Below, piece by piece: positions 28,076 through 39,472 of a DNA stretch of 64,000 nucleotides. The position numbers and the translations under genes were made by a program. The notes under the pieces are model-generated. The model saw nothing but the letters and a program-made list of their open reading frames with translations. It did no database searches and was not told the origin of the DNA. Every line of letters begins with the position of its first letter. Within the stretch, counting starts at the first letter, position 1. The stretch lies in contig JAYZAY010000059.1 of assembly GCA_036339465.1 (NCBI GenBank), positions 1 to 64,000 on the forward strand, in the 5' to 3' direction. Origin of the DNA: Myxococcota bacterium. Its GTDB lineage: Bacteria > Myxococcota > XYA12-FULL-58-9 > JABJBS01.

Positions 28076-28684
28076 ATGATCAGAATGTTACGAGGGTTGG
28101 TTGCCGACAAAGGGGCTACCGGCATGGTGGTTGATTGCCATGGAGTTGGTTACGGATTGGAGATGCCACTCTCGTCGCTCCTGAAGTTGGGGGCGATTGG
28201 AGAGGAAGTTCTCGTTTGGGTCACAACCCAGTTAAATCAGGACTCTTTACGCCTATTTGGTTTCGCGAGTCGTGAAGAACGGGAAGTTTTTGAGATGTTG
28301 ATTGGTTTGAGCGGGGTTGGACCGAAGCTTGCTTTGGCTGTTTTATCCATGATGATGCCTCGAGATTTGATTGAAGCAGTGTCTCGTAAGGATTGTGCCG
28401 CATTGGTGAAGAGTCCAGGGATTGGAAAAAAGAAGGCGGAACGCCTTCTGCTGGATTTGAAAGACAAGGTTTTACACTTGAGCGCGTCGGCCCAAATGCG
28501 AACTTCAGGCCGTGAATTCATCGGGGGAATCGGCCCGGATATAGTGAGCGCACTCATCAATCTTGGTTTCAAGGACGCCACAGCGGAAGATGTTGCGGGT
28601 CGAGTTATTGAGGAATACCCTTCGGAGTTGGATCCTGCCGTTTTGGTGCGCGAAGCTCTTCGGATGGCTTCCCCCCGGGCCTAA
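28076..28684 (+). CDS. ruvA: Holliday junction branch-migration protein RuvA
   Basis: MIRMLRG, GVGY, LFGF, SGVGPKLAL, PGIGKKKAERL, ALINLGF. Confidence 0.96.
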   Translation: MIRMLRGLVADKGATGMVVDCHGVGYGLEMPLSSLLKLGAIGEEVLVWVTTQLNQDSLRLFGFASREEREVFEMLIGLSGVGPKLALAVLSMMMPRDLIEAVSRKDCAALVKSPGIGKKKAERLLLDLKDKVLHLSASAQMRTSGREFIGGIGPDIVSALINLGFKDATAEDVAGRVIEEYPSELDPAVLVREALRMASPRA

Positions 28685-28763
28685 ATCGTTTAGAAATCGA
28701 GAGCCTTTTGGTACATATTTAGTCTTAAGACACGCGTACAGAACCAGCAACCGCGATGAGATG

Positions 28764-28792
28764 TTGACATCAACCGTGTTCGGAAGTATGAC
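28764..28792 (+). promoter_or_regulatory. Putative sigma70 promoter of the rimP-nusA-infB operon
   Basis: TTGACA-17 bp-TATGAC. Confidence 0.5.
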
Positions 28793-28908
28793 ACGCCGAG
28801 GTTATCCTGATGTTTTTTATCGAAAGAGGAAAACACCGGGAGAACACTGACCTTTCGGGGTCAGCAGCGCGGCTTCCCGCGTGCAACTTAACATTGCAGA
28901 GCTTCGGG

Positions 28909-28935
28909 AAGTGGGCACCAGCCCACTTTTTTTTT
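28909..28935 (+). promoter_or_regulatory. rimP leader attenuator hairpin
   Basis: AAGTGGGC-ACCA-GCCCACTT followed by a T run just before rimP, matching the widely conserved GGGC...GCCC rimP leader terminator. Confidence 0.8.
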
Positions 28936-28953
28936 GTTCATTTGGAGTAACCC

Positions 28954-29418
28954 TTGATTGGAAATCTGGCCGCAAAGGTACATGAACTAAGCGCCCCACT
29001 TTTAGTTGAGAATGGCTTTGAGTTGGTTCTGGTTGAATATATTTCGGGACAAAAAATACTGCGGATTTATGTAGATCGCGAAGAGGGGGGGGTGTCTCTT
29101 GACGATTGTGCTCTCGTCTCTCATTGGGTAAGTGACCTTTTGGATGTTGAAGGGATAAGTGATGGGGTTGATGGGCGATATCGCTTAGAAATTTCGTCTC
29201 CGGGCCTCGACCGACCGCTCGTAAAACCCGAGCATTTTAAAAGATTTGTCGGCTTCCCTACCCAGGTTAAAACTGTCCAGGCGATCGAGGGGAGAAAGAA
29301 ATTTTCAGGGGAAATCATATTGGCAGACGGAGAAAAAATTGTTCTCAGCATTGATGGGACCAGTCATGAGATTCCCTATACATTGATAGAACGTGCACGA
29401 TTGGTACCTCAGTACTAA
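28954..29418 (+). CDS. rimP: Ribosome maturation factor RimP
   Basis: LRIYVDR, VSLDDC, YRLEISSPGLDRPL, GRKKFSG. Confidence 0.96.
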   Translation: MIGNLAAKVHELSAPLLVENGFELVLVEYISGQKILRIYVDREEGGVSLDDCALVSHWVSDLLDVEGISDGVDGRYRLEISSPGLDRPLVKPEHFKRFVGFPTQVKTVQAIEGRKKFSGEIILADGEKIVLSIDGTSHEIPYTLIERARLVPQY

Positions 29419-29462
29419 GAGCGGCAGGGAAAATAGAACCGTAGAATACGGAGGTTGGCAAA

Positions 29463-31301
29463 ATGGATACAAACCTAAGCATGGTGATCGACCAGGTAAG
29501 TCGGGACAAGGGAATTGAGCGAGAGGTTTTGGTTAAAGCCATGGAGGAAGCAATTCTTGCTTCAGCACGAAAGGCGTTCGGGCTAGAGCGCGAATTGGTC
29601 GTTGAATATAATGAGGAAAAAGGTGCTGTTGATTTAAGCCAAACGATTACTGTGGTTGAGAATGTTGAGGATACCTTCAATGAGATTTCGACACAGGAAT
29701 GCGAAGAGATGGAAATTGAGGTGGAGATTGGTGATGAGATGGTTTTTCCGATCTATTATCTGTCTCAGGATGAAGAAGCGGCAAAAGAGCAGGATGCTGA
29801 GTATGGAGACATCCTAAAACTACGAACTTATCGAAGAAGTTTTGGCCGAGTTGCAGCGCAGACTGCTAAGCAAGTGATTATGCAGCGTATTCGCGATGCC
29901 GAGCGTTATTTGGTCTACAGTGAGTACAAGGACCGTAAGGATGAATTGGTAACGGGTGTGGTACGACGGTTTGAGCGTGGAAATATTATTGTTGACCTAG
30001 GCCGAGCAGAATCGATCTTACCCTTGCGGGAGCAGTGTTCTCGAGAATCTTATCGCACAGGCGATAGAATCCAAGCTTATGTTTTGGACGTTCAAGAACA
30101 TGCACGTGGTCCTCAGATTGTGTTGTCACGAACAACCCCAAAACTGTTAGTAAAACTTTTCGATATTGAGGTACCAGAGGTTTCGGAGGGGGTTGTAAAA
30201 ATCGAAAGTGCGGCCCGTGAACCCGGTTCTCGAGCGAAAATCGCCGTTAGCTCAACTGATCGCGACGTTGATCCCGTAGGCGCATGTGTGGGGATGAAGG
30301 GATCCCGTGTTCAGGCAGTCGTACAAGAGTTACGCGGCGAAAAAATTGATATTGTACCCTACTCAGCCGAACCAGCGACTTTTGTCTGTAATGCCTTACA
30401 ACCTGCCGAAGTCAGCCGTGTTTTGATAGACGAATCAAATCATTCGATGGAGATCATTGTTCCTGATGATCAGCTTTCACTGGCCATTGGTCGTAAGGGC
30501 CAAAATGTTCGCCTTGCTAGCCAGCTGAGTGGCTGGCGCTTGGACATTCATTCAGAGTCTCGGATTTCTGAAATCAAGGATCGGGCATGGCAAAGTTTGG
30601 GTAAAGTTGCGGGTTGTAATGATTTCTTGATTCAAACCCTTTACAACCATGGCATACGTTGTGCGGATTCTCTGTGCAGTATTGATTTAGATTTTCTATT
30701 ACAGTTTCCTGGAGTTGATCCTGACAATGTGCGTAACATGCTCGACAGTGCCAAAGCGGTGGCGGCTGCCGAGGAAGCTGAAGCGCACCGTTTGAAGATA
30801 CAAGCGGAAATAGCGACCGAAATAGCCGATGTTGCCAAGGAGCTTCAGGCGCATTTACAGCTCGATGATGAAAATCGTTTACGGGCGGTAAGGAGCCTGG
30901 GTGATAATGCATATGGCAAACTTTCGGAGGTGGGTCTGAACACGGTTGAGGCCCTTGCGGAGTGTGATATTGATGCGCTTTCCGACACTACGGGCCTAGG
31001 TGATAAGAAAATCAAACAGCTGAGATATGGTGCGAATCAATTTCTTGAGCAGGAAAAACTGCTTAATGAGCGAGCTGAAGGTTTAGGGTTGTGGATTAAG
31101 GAAGGAATTGTTCAGATCCCTGTGGATGAAGAAGAATTGGCGAATGGGGATGGTGCCGTAGCGGTGAAAGCCGAGGATGCCGATCGGCTGGAACCCGGAG
31201 CAACTGGGGGCAGTGAAACTGAACTAGACCCAGCAGCTATGGAAAATATCGCTGTTACAGACAATGAGCCGATTGCGACTCCTGATACGGTCGAAGCCTA
31301 G
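29463..31301 (+). CDS. nusA: Transcription termination/antitermination factor NusA, with long C-terminal extension
   Basis: FGRVAAQTAKQVI, AREPGSRAKIAV, DPVGACVGMKGSRV, SLAIGRKGQNVRLAS. Confidence 0.98.
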   Translation: MDTNLSMVIDQVSRDKGIEREVLVKAMEEAILASARKAFGLERELVVEYNEEKGAVDLSQTITVVENVEDTFNEISTQECEEMEIEVEIGDEMVFPIYYLSQDEEAAKEQDAEYGDILKLRTYRRSFGRVAAQTAKQVIMQRIRDAERYLVYSEYKDRKDELVTGVVRRFERGNIIVDLGRAESILPLREQCSRESYRTGDRIQAYVLDVQEHARGPQIVLSRTTPKLLVKLFDIEVPEVSEGVVKIESAAREPGSRAKIAVSSTDRDVDPVGACVGMKGSRVQAVVQELRGEKIDIVPYSAEPATFVCNALQPAEVSRVLIDESNHSMEIIVPDDQLSLAIGRKGQNVRLASQLSGWRLDIHSESRISEIKDRAWQSLGKVAGCNDFLIQTLYNHGIRCADSLCSIDLDFLLQFPGVDPDNVRNMLDSAKAVAAAEEAEAHRLKIQAEIATEIADVAKELQAHLQLDDENRLRAVRSLGDNAYGKLSEVGLNTVEALAECDIDALSDTTGLGDKKIKQLRYGANQFLEQEKLLNERAEGLGLWIKEGIVQIPVDEEELANGDGAVAVKAEDADRLEPGATGGSETELDPAAMENIAVTDNEPIATPDTVEA

Positions 31302-31324
31302 GTTATGGGGGCGGAGGAACTCAA

Positions 31325-32029
31325 GTGGTTTTACGGAACGTCAAAAGGCATAAGCTGCCTGGAAAGCAGGGGACAGAGCTCAAGCCTCAGGGGCAGGAGC
31401 GTCGGTGTGTCGTTTGTCGTGAAAACCGAGGGTTGTCGCAACTCGTAAGATTTCAGGTCTATGACGGAGCTATCGTTTTCGAGCCGAAAACGAAGCTGGC
31501 AGGTCGAAGCTGCTATCTCTGTGCTCGAAAACTCTGTGCAGATCATCTGAATAAACGGATGATTGTCCGGCTGTTTTCGGTGCGTGAATCGGATTTAAAA
31601 TTTGAAGAAAATTGGTGGCAATCTTTGGAGGCGCGTGCATACGCGGAGATCTATCAACAATTGGGACTTGCTCGTAGGGCAAATCTTGTTGTGATCGGTC
31701 AAGACGGCCTTAAAGATCTACGCCGTAGAAGTGGTGGTCATCATCTAAATGAATCTATGGTGATGGCTTCGAAATCAGAATTAATTCCACGATATCTGAA
31801 AGATACTAAAACATTCGTGTTTTCATCTCCGGATATTTTGAGCAAAGCTTTGGGGTTGCACCAAGTTGGTTTGGTGACTTTGCCAAAGTCAAAATTTACC
31901 GATCGGATCGGTTACTGGTCACAGTTTCTAACGGATTCCTCAAACGGTGTGCGAGGTAACATTGGAAATTACAGTGGCAATGGTTTGACAATCGGCGCTA
32001 AGAGTAGCAATGAAGCCGCCGAGAGTTAA
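31325..32029 (+). CDS. YlxR (DUF448)-L7Ae/YlxQ-like fusion protein
   Basis: RRCVVCRE, LVRF, GRSCYLC (YlxR); LGLARRANLVVIG (L7Ae-like); located between nusA and infB. Confidence 0.75.
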   Translation: MVLRNVKRHKLPGKQGTELKPQGQERRCVVCRENRGLSQLVRFQVYDGAIVFEPKTKLAGRSCYLCARKLCADHLNKRMIVRLFSVRESDLKFEENWWQSLEARAYAEIYQQLGLARRANLVVIGQDGLKDLRRRSGGHHLNESMVMASKSELIPRYLKDTKTFVFSSPDILSKALGLHQVGLVTLPKSKFTDRIGYWSQFLTDSSNGVRGNIGNYSGNGLTIGAKSSNEAAES

Positions 32030-32041
32030 AGGATTAAAGCA

Positions 32042-35000
32042 ATGAGTAAGATGCGGGTCCACGAGCTGGCGAAAGAATATGGCCTAGAAAATAAAGAGGT
32101 CCTTAATAGGCTTAAAAGGGGCGGTTTGGTAGTGAAAACCCACTCAAGTTCTGTTTATGCCGATGCGGCTCGAAAGATATTGGGCAAGAATAGTGGTGAT
32201 GAGGAGAGTATCTCTGAAGCCGCTTCAAGCAAGCCTAAACGTCCTGGAATGATGATTGTTCGTAAGAAGAAAAAAGCTGTTGCCGCAGCCGATGAGGCTT
32301 CCCAAGTTCAAAGAGCGGAATTGGAAGCTGACATTGAGGCAGTGGAACCGGCTCCCGAATCAGTTGTTTCTGAGCCCGTTGCCGCTGAGCCCGTTGCCGC
32401 TGAGCCCGTTGCCGCTGAGCCCGTTGCCGCTGAGCCCGTTGTAGCTCTGGAAGCTGAAATGGATGTGGCTGTGGCCGAACAAGGGCCCGACGAGATGGGC
32501 GAACCACCTTCGGAGCCTGTTGAGGTTTCTGCTTCTGCGGTGTCGGTAGAAGTATCGTCCACTGGCGTAGAGCAATCCGCTGATGCTTCGGTTAGCGAAG
32601 AAGTCGCTGAGAATGACGTGGTTAAAAAAGCAGAGAATACCGCCGAAACAGATGAGAAGGCCGAGTTAAGTCCCGAATCTGAATCATCGACGCAATCTTC
32701 AGCTGCGACTGCACACAAGAAAAAACGAATTCCGATTAAAGAGCATGTTGTGACAGACTCCCAGCGAAGGGGAGAACGAGGACGTCCTGATTCGCGGGGA
32801 CCTGACGCGCGAGAAAGAGGTTCACGCGACGGTGCGCCTGCTAGACCAGGTACTGGAGCACAAGTCGTTCGCATGATCGATAAAGACAAGCTGGCTCAGC
32901 GTCTACCGCCTCGCCGAGGTCCAGCCAATCGTGGCCATCAAGGTGGAGGACGGCCTGGCGCAGGGCCGGCTCAACAAAACCGAGGGCCACGGCCACCGGG
33001 GGGTGGACAGAACACCGGGCCAGGTGCACCACGTTTTGGTCAGGTGACAGAGTTACGTGTTGTCAATGATCCGTTTGGTCGTGGTCGCGAAATGGTGGCG
33101 GTTGGACGTGCGGATAAACGCGCTGGCGCGGGTGGCAAGGGGCCTGCTGGGCAAGGGGCTGGAAGAGGCAAGAAGCCGGGTGCTCCTGGTGGCGCAAGAG
33201 GCCCAAATCAGAAACGATCTCTTTCCAATGTGAGAGAGCGTTCTTTTGCTCCATCTCGCCTTAAACGGAAAAAGCCCAAGAGAGGTAGCGGAGCAGAGTC
33301 TGGCGAACGGGCGGTACGAAACGAGCCAAATGAGGCAAAGCGCGTGATTAAGATGGATGAAACCATCGTTGTGACAGAGCTTGCTCACCAGCTTGGCTTA
33401 AAGGCCGTGGAAGTTATTCGAAAATTGATGGGTTTGGGCATGATGGCAACTCAAAACCAAAGTATTGATCAGGATACGGCCCAACTGATCGCGTCTGAAT
33501 TTAATTATCGGATCGAGTCAGTGGCATTCTCGGAAGAGGAGCTCTTAGGGCCTGCTGAAGAGGATTTTGGCGATGAGGAGCTAGTGGCGAGACCTCCAGT
33601 CGTCACCATCATGGGGCACGTCGATCATGGCAAGACATCGCTCTTGGATACGATTCGAAGTACCAGGATTGCCGACGGTGAAGCGGGTGGCATTACCCAA
33701 CATATTGGCGCCTATTCAATAGAGCTTGAGGGACGCGGCTCGATAACCTTCTTAGATACTCCCGGTCACGCCGCTTTTACCTCGATGCGTGCTAGGGGAG
33801 CCCAAGTTACGGATATTGTAATTCTGGTAGTGGCCGCCGATGACGGCGTGATGCCACAGACCGAGGAAGCAATCCGGCACTCACAGGCAGCTGGTGTACC
33901 CATTATAGTGGCAGTGAATAAAATGGATGTTCCTGCAGCCAACCCCGATAAGGTTACTCAGGAGCTTTCGCAGTTTCAGCTAATTCCGGAAGCTTGGGGA
34001 GGTGATACCCTTTTTGTGCAGACCTCAGCCATCAAGAAAACAGGGATTGAGGCATTGCTTGAGAACGTCATGTTGCAAGCTGAGTTTCTTGAGCTTAAAG
34101 CCAATGTTGATTGTGAGGCCCGGGGTGTGGTTGTTGAAGCCAAACTGGATAAGGGGCGTGGAGCGGTCGCAACTGTCTTGGTTCAGCATGGTGTCCTGAA
34201 GCGAGGGGACGCAATCGTTGTGGGTGAAAGCTCTGGTAAAGTTCGTGGTATGACAAACCATTTGGGGCGGTCCCTTAAGCAAGCCGGTCCTTCGGTGGCT
34301 GTTGAAATTATTGGTCTTGATCGTGTTCCTGATGCAGGGAATCTGATGAATAAGGTCGAGAATTTGGATGCGGCTCGGGATATAGTGAAGTATCGCCAGG
34401 AACAGAAACGTTCCAAGGCTTCTGCTCCTGGGCCGAGGATGTCTCTCGAAGATCTAATGAAGAGAATGAACGCAGGTGAAACCGCTGAGTTGAAGGTTGT
34501 CTTAAAGTCGGATGTTCAAGGTTCGGCTGAGGCGGTTAAGCAGGCCTTAGTGAAGCTTTCAACTGATGAAGTTAAAGTTTCGGTTATTTACGACGGTGTT
34601 GGTGGTGTCACGGAGTCGGACATTATGTTGGCCTCCGCGAGTGATGGGTTGGTTCTTGGTTTCAATGTAAGACCTGACACAAATGCCAAGCGTATTGCTG
34701 ATCGCGAAGGGGTTGAAATCAGAACCTACGGCATTATCTATGAAATGATCGATGATGTTAAGAAAGCTATGGAAGGCCTCTTGTCACCAGAATCGGTGGA
34801 GAAAGTCGTTGGCCGTGCACAAATACGCGAACTCTTTAGAATCAGTAAGATCGGTGTGATTGGTGGATCTAGGGTACTGGATGGTAAGGCACTTCGGGCT
34901 GCCCAAGTTCGAGTCCTCAGAGACAGCGCGCAAATTTACCAAGGTAAGCTTTCATCGCTTAAGCATTACAAAGACGACGTTCGGGAAGTTGATTCTGGAC

Positions 35001-35125
35001 AGGAATGCGGAATTGGCGTAGACGGCTACAACGATCTGAAGCTCGGGGATGTCATTGAGTTTTTCATTATCGAGCAAGTAAGCCGAACGCTAGAGGGAGG
35101 AGCCAGCGCGCTCTCTAAGAACTAG
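32042..35125 (+). CDS. infB: Translation initiation factor IF-2
   Basis: [44 protein letters not shown]. Confidence 0.99.
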   Translation: MSKMRVHELAKEYGLENKEVLNRLKRGGLVVKTHSSSVYADAARKILGKNSGDEESISEAASSKPKRPGMMIVRKKKKAVAAADEASQVQRAELEADIEAVEPAPESVVSEPVAAEPVAAEPVAAEPVAAEPVVALEAEMDVAVAEQGPDEMGEPPSEPVEVSASAVSVEVSSTGVEQSADASVSEEVAENDVVKKAENTAETDEKAELSPESESSTQSSAATAHKKKRIPIKEHVVTDSQRRGERGRPDSRGPDARERGSRDGAPARPGTGAQVVRMIDKDKLAQRLPPRRGPANRGHQGGGRPGAGPAQQNRGPRPPGGGQNTGPGAPRFGQVTELRVVNDPFGRGREMVAVGRADKRAGAGGKGPAGQGAGRGKKPGAPGGARGPNQKRSLSNVRERSFAPSRLKRKKPKRGSGAESGERAVRNEPNEAKRVIKMDETIVVTELAHQLGLKAVEVIRKLMGLGMMATQNQSIDQDTAQLIASEFNYRIESVAFSEEELLGPAEEDFGDEELVARPPVVTIMGHVDHGKTSLLDTIRSTRIADGEAGGITQHIGAYSIELEGRGSITFLDTPGHAAFTSMRARGAQVTDIVILVVAADDGVMPQTEEAIRHSQAAGVPIIVAVNKMDVPAANPDKVTQELSQFQLIPEAWGGDTLFVQTSAIKKTGIEALLENVMLQAEFLELKANVDCEARGVVVEAKLDKGRGAVATVLVQHGVLKRGDAIVVGESSGKVRGMTNHLGRSLKQAGPSVAVEIIGLDRVPDAGNLMNKVENLDAARDIVKYRQEQKRSKASAPGPRMSLEDLMKRMNAGETAELKVVLKSDVQGSAEAVKQALVKLSTDEVKVSVIYDGVGGVTESDIMLASASDGLVLGFNVRPDTNAKRIADREGVEIRTYGIIYEMIDDVKKAMEGLLSPESVEKVVGRAQIRELFRISKIGVIGGSRVLDGKALRAAQVRVLRDSAQIYQGKLSSLKHYKDDVREVDSGQECGIGVDGYNDLKLGDVIEFFIIEQVSRTLEGGASALSKN
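32371..32441. repeat. In-frame 15-bp tandem repeat (TGAGCCCGTTGCCGC)x4.7 encoding EPVAA in the IF-2 N-terminal linker
   Basis: Four exact units plus a partial unit. Confidence 0.95.
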
Positions 35126-35135
35126 CTCTCGGTAA

Positions 35136-37253
<2,118 letters not shown>

Positions 37254-37321
37254 GCATTTTTGTTGCCATTGTTTGCCTACCGGCTGGTGCATCGCTAATG
37301 GATAGGTGTGTTTGTGCTGAT

Positions 37322-37336
37322 GATGATTGAGTCATC
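37322..37336. promoter_or_regulatory. Imperfect palindrome upstream of the transporter operon, candidate operator
   Basis: GATGA-TTGAG-TCATC, about 28 bp before the GTG start at 37364. Confidence 0.35.
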
Positions 37337-37363
37337 TAGCTCCTCCATAAGGAGAGAAGAATC

Positions 37364-38362
37364 GTGAAGAATACTGGGTTGTTGATTGGAACCGGTGTAA
37401 TAATGCTCGCCACTTCGGGGTGCAGTCTCTATGGTATGGTTGGAGATGCGGTTGGTAGCTATGCCGTTGATGAGATGGTTCCCTACGTTTTATCTACGAG
37501 CGACCTAGATATGGCCTGCGAGGATGGGCGGTCCATTGGCAATCTTCTAATGAGCTTTGGTCGGGTGACTGAGGCTCCTCATCAGGCTGCGGTAGTGACT
37601 TATCTCGCCGCGGGTATGTGCGCTGAGTTTGAATCCCAGGCGTCTCAGCTGAACCATATTCGGGCGCTTAAAGCAGGGGCGGCAACGGTTGCCAATGATC
37701 ATAGGATCGAACAGAAACGAGCGCACGTACGTGCAGCGACTCGCTTTTTGAAATCCTACCAGGAGATGCGTGTTGCATACCCGGGTGATTTGTGCGCCCT
37801 TGAAAATCGTGAAGATCAATTACTAAGCTTGCTAGGACTGGCGGCGGGTGTCCAAGCTTTACTTCACGACCGATCCGCTTCTGGAGCGGTCGGGGTTGAT
37901 ATGGGTATCTTGGTGACCGTGGCTCGTGAATCCGAGTGTTTCAATAGCGCTAAATGGTGGGGAGTGCCCCAAGCACTTCGATCGGTGATTTACCTGAGCG
38001 TTCCGGGTAGCGGTCCGGAGGGCGAAGATGGCTGGGAGCTCTTGGATGCCGCGGTAAAGCAGGGCGATCAAGCGGGGGTACGATTGGCTCGCGCACTTTT
38101 AGTGGAGGCCGCGCATGCGTTGGGTCAAGGCCCAGCATTGAAGGAAGTGATTCGAGGACACGTCAATGTGGCTAAAGGAAAGCAGATACTGAACGAGGGG
38201 CGCCTTTTAGATGCATATGCCAATAGAAAAGTTGAACATATGTCGGACATTATTTGGATGGAGGAGACGGGGTATCGTACTCCTCTCGGTCAGCTGGGAA
38301 ATTTTTTGGAGCAACCTGTGGTGGATGATAGCGATGACCTTTTCGATGGACTAGATGGTTAA
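37364..38362 (+). CDS. Helical lipoprotein, probable TatT-like component of a TRAP (TPAT-like) transporter
   Basis: Lipobox TSGC, helical repeats, acidic tail; first gene before a binding protein and DctM-like permease. Confidence 0.6.
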   Translation: MKNTGLLIGTGVIMLATSGCSLYGMVGDAVGSYAVDEMVPYVLSTSDLDMACEDGRSIGNLLMSFGRVTEAPHQAAVVTYLAAGMCAEFESQASQLNHIRALKAGAATVANDHRIEQKRAHVRAATRFLKSYQEMRVAYPGDLCALENREDQLLSLLGLAAGVQALLHDRSASGAVGVDMGILVTVARESECFNSAKWWGVPQALRSVIYLSVPGSGPEGEDGWELLDAAVKQGDQAGVRLARALLVEAAHALGQGPALKEVIRGHVNVAKGKQILNEGRLLDAYANRKVEHMSDIIWMEETGYRTPLGQLGNFLEQPVVDDSDDLFDGLDG

Positions 38363-38391
38363 TGTATTCCAACCCAGTTAATTATTAGGAG

Positions 38392-39399
38392 ATGACTATG
38401 GCTCGAATGCTCTTGATTCTACTCGCCCTTTTATTTGTTCATACCGAAGCCGTCGCCGGGGCGTCCGCACGTAATCTCTGTGTTTTCGACCCGTCTGGTG
38501 CCAATGGTGATGCCTTTCAAATGTTACGGGATTATCGGACAGCAGCGGCGGGTTGGGGCGTACAATTTAAGCTTAAACCCTATACCGATGAAAAAACCGC
38601 GTCTGAAGATTTTAAGGCGGGCAAATGTGATGCGGTCGTTCTGACGGGTCCTCGAGTTCGAAGCTTCCAACCCTTTACGGGTACGATTGAAGCCATGGGT
38701 GCGATTCCAACCTATAGCCACTTGAAGAGGGTTGTCAGGTCGTTGGCGAATCCTAAGGCGGCAAAATTGATGAAAACGGGGGCTTTCGAAACAGCCGCGA
38801 TTTTTCCAGGTGGTTCAATACTTCTTTTTGTCAATGACCGCACCATCAATACGGTTGAGAAGCTGGCAGGTAAACGTTTGGCTGTTTTGGAGTACGATAC
38901 GGCCTCTAAAGTGATGGCAAAGCACGTTGGGGCCTCTATGGTGGGCGCTGATTTGGGAACTTTTGCTGGAATGTTCAACAATAAAAACGTGGCTCTATGC
39001 TATGCCCCGGCCACTGCCTATCAGGCTCTGGAGCTCCATAAGGGGATAGGTAAAAATGGGGGCGTTATTCGCTTTCCTCTTGCGCAAGTTACTTTTCAAG
39101 TATTGACGAGGGCAGAGAATTTTTCCGATGTCTTTATGAAAAGTTCTCGGAGTTGGGCCGCGCAAAACTTCGACCGATTTTTGAAATTATCGATGCAAGC
39201 AGAGAGCACAATTCCTAAGTCCACTTGGATTGAGATTCCCGCAAATGATCAAGCTCGTTATGAGAAAATGTTCCAGGAAACTCGCCTCCGCCTCCGAGAC
39301 CAAGAAAAGGTTTACGATAGAAAGATGCTCAGCCTATTGAGGAAGGTGCGGTGCAAGGTGGACCGTGGTCGCTCAGAGTGCGTAAGCAAACTTGAATAG
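38392..39399 (+). CDS. Putative solute-binding protein (DUF6091/AdeT-like, DctP-related)
   Basis: Signal peptide; LCVFDPSGANGD, YTDEKTASEDFKAGKCDA, LAGKRLAVL, C-terminal RC...EC. Confidence 0.75.
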   Translation: MTMARMLLILLALLFVHTEAVAGASARNLCVFDPSGANGDAFQMLRDYRTAAAGWGVQFKLKPYTDEKTASEDFKAGKCDAVVLTGPRVRSFQPFTGTIEAMGAIPTYSHLKRVVRSLANPKAAKLMKTGAFETAAIFPGGSILLFVNDRTINTVEKLAGKRLAVLEYDTASKVMAKHVGASMVGADLGTFAGMFNNKNVALCYAPATAYQALELHKGIGKNGGVIRFPLAQVTFQVLTRAENFSDVFMKSSRSWAAQNFDRFLKLSMQAESTIPKSTWIEIPANDQARYEKMFQETRLRLRDQEKVYDRKMLSLLRKVRCKVDRGRSECVSKLE

Positions 39400-39472
39400 G
39401 TAAGTTAATCCTTGTTTATCGACGAGGTTCTCGGATTTCACCCAACCACCATTCTGAGAGACTAAGACACCC

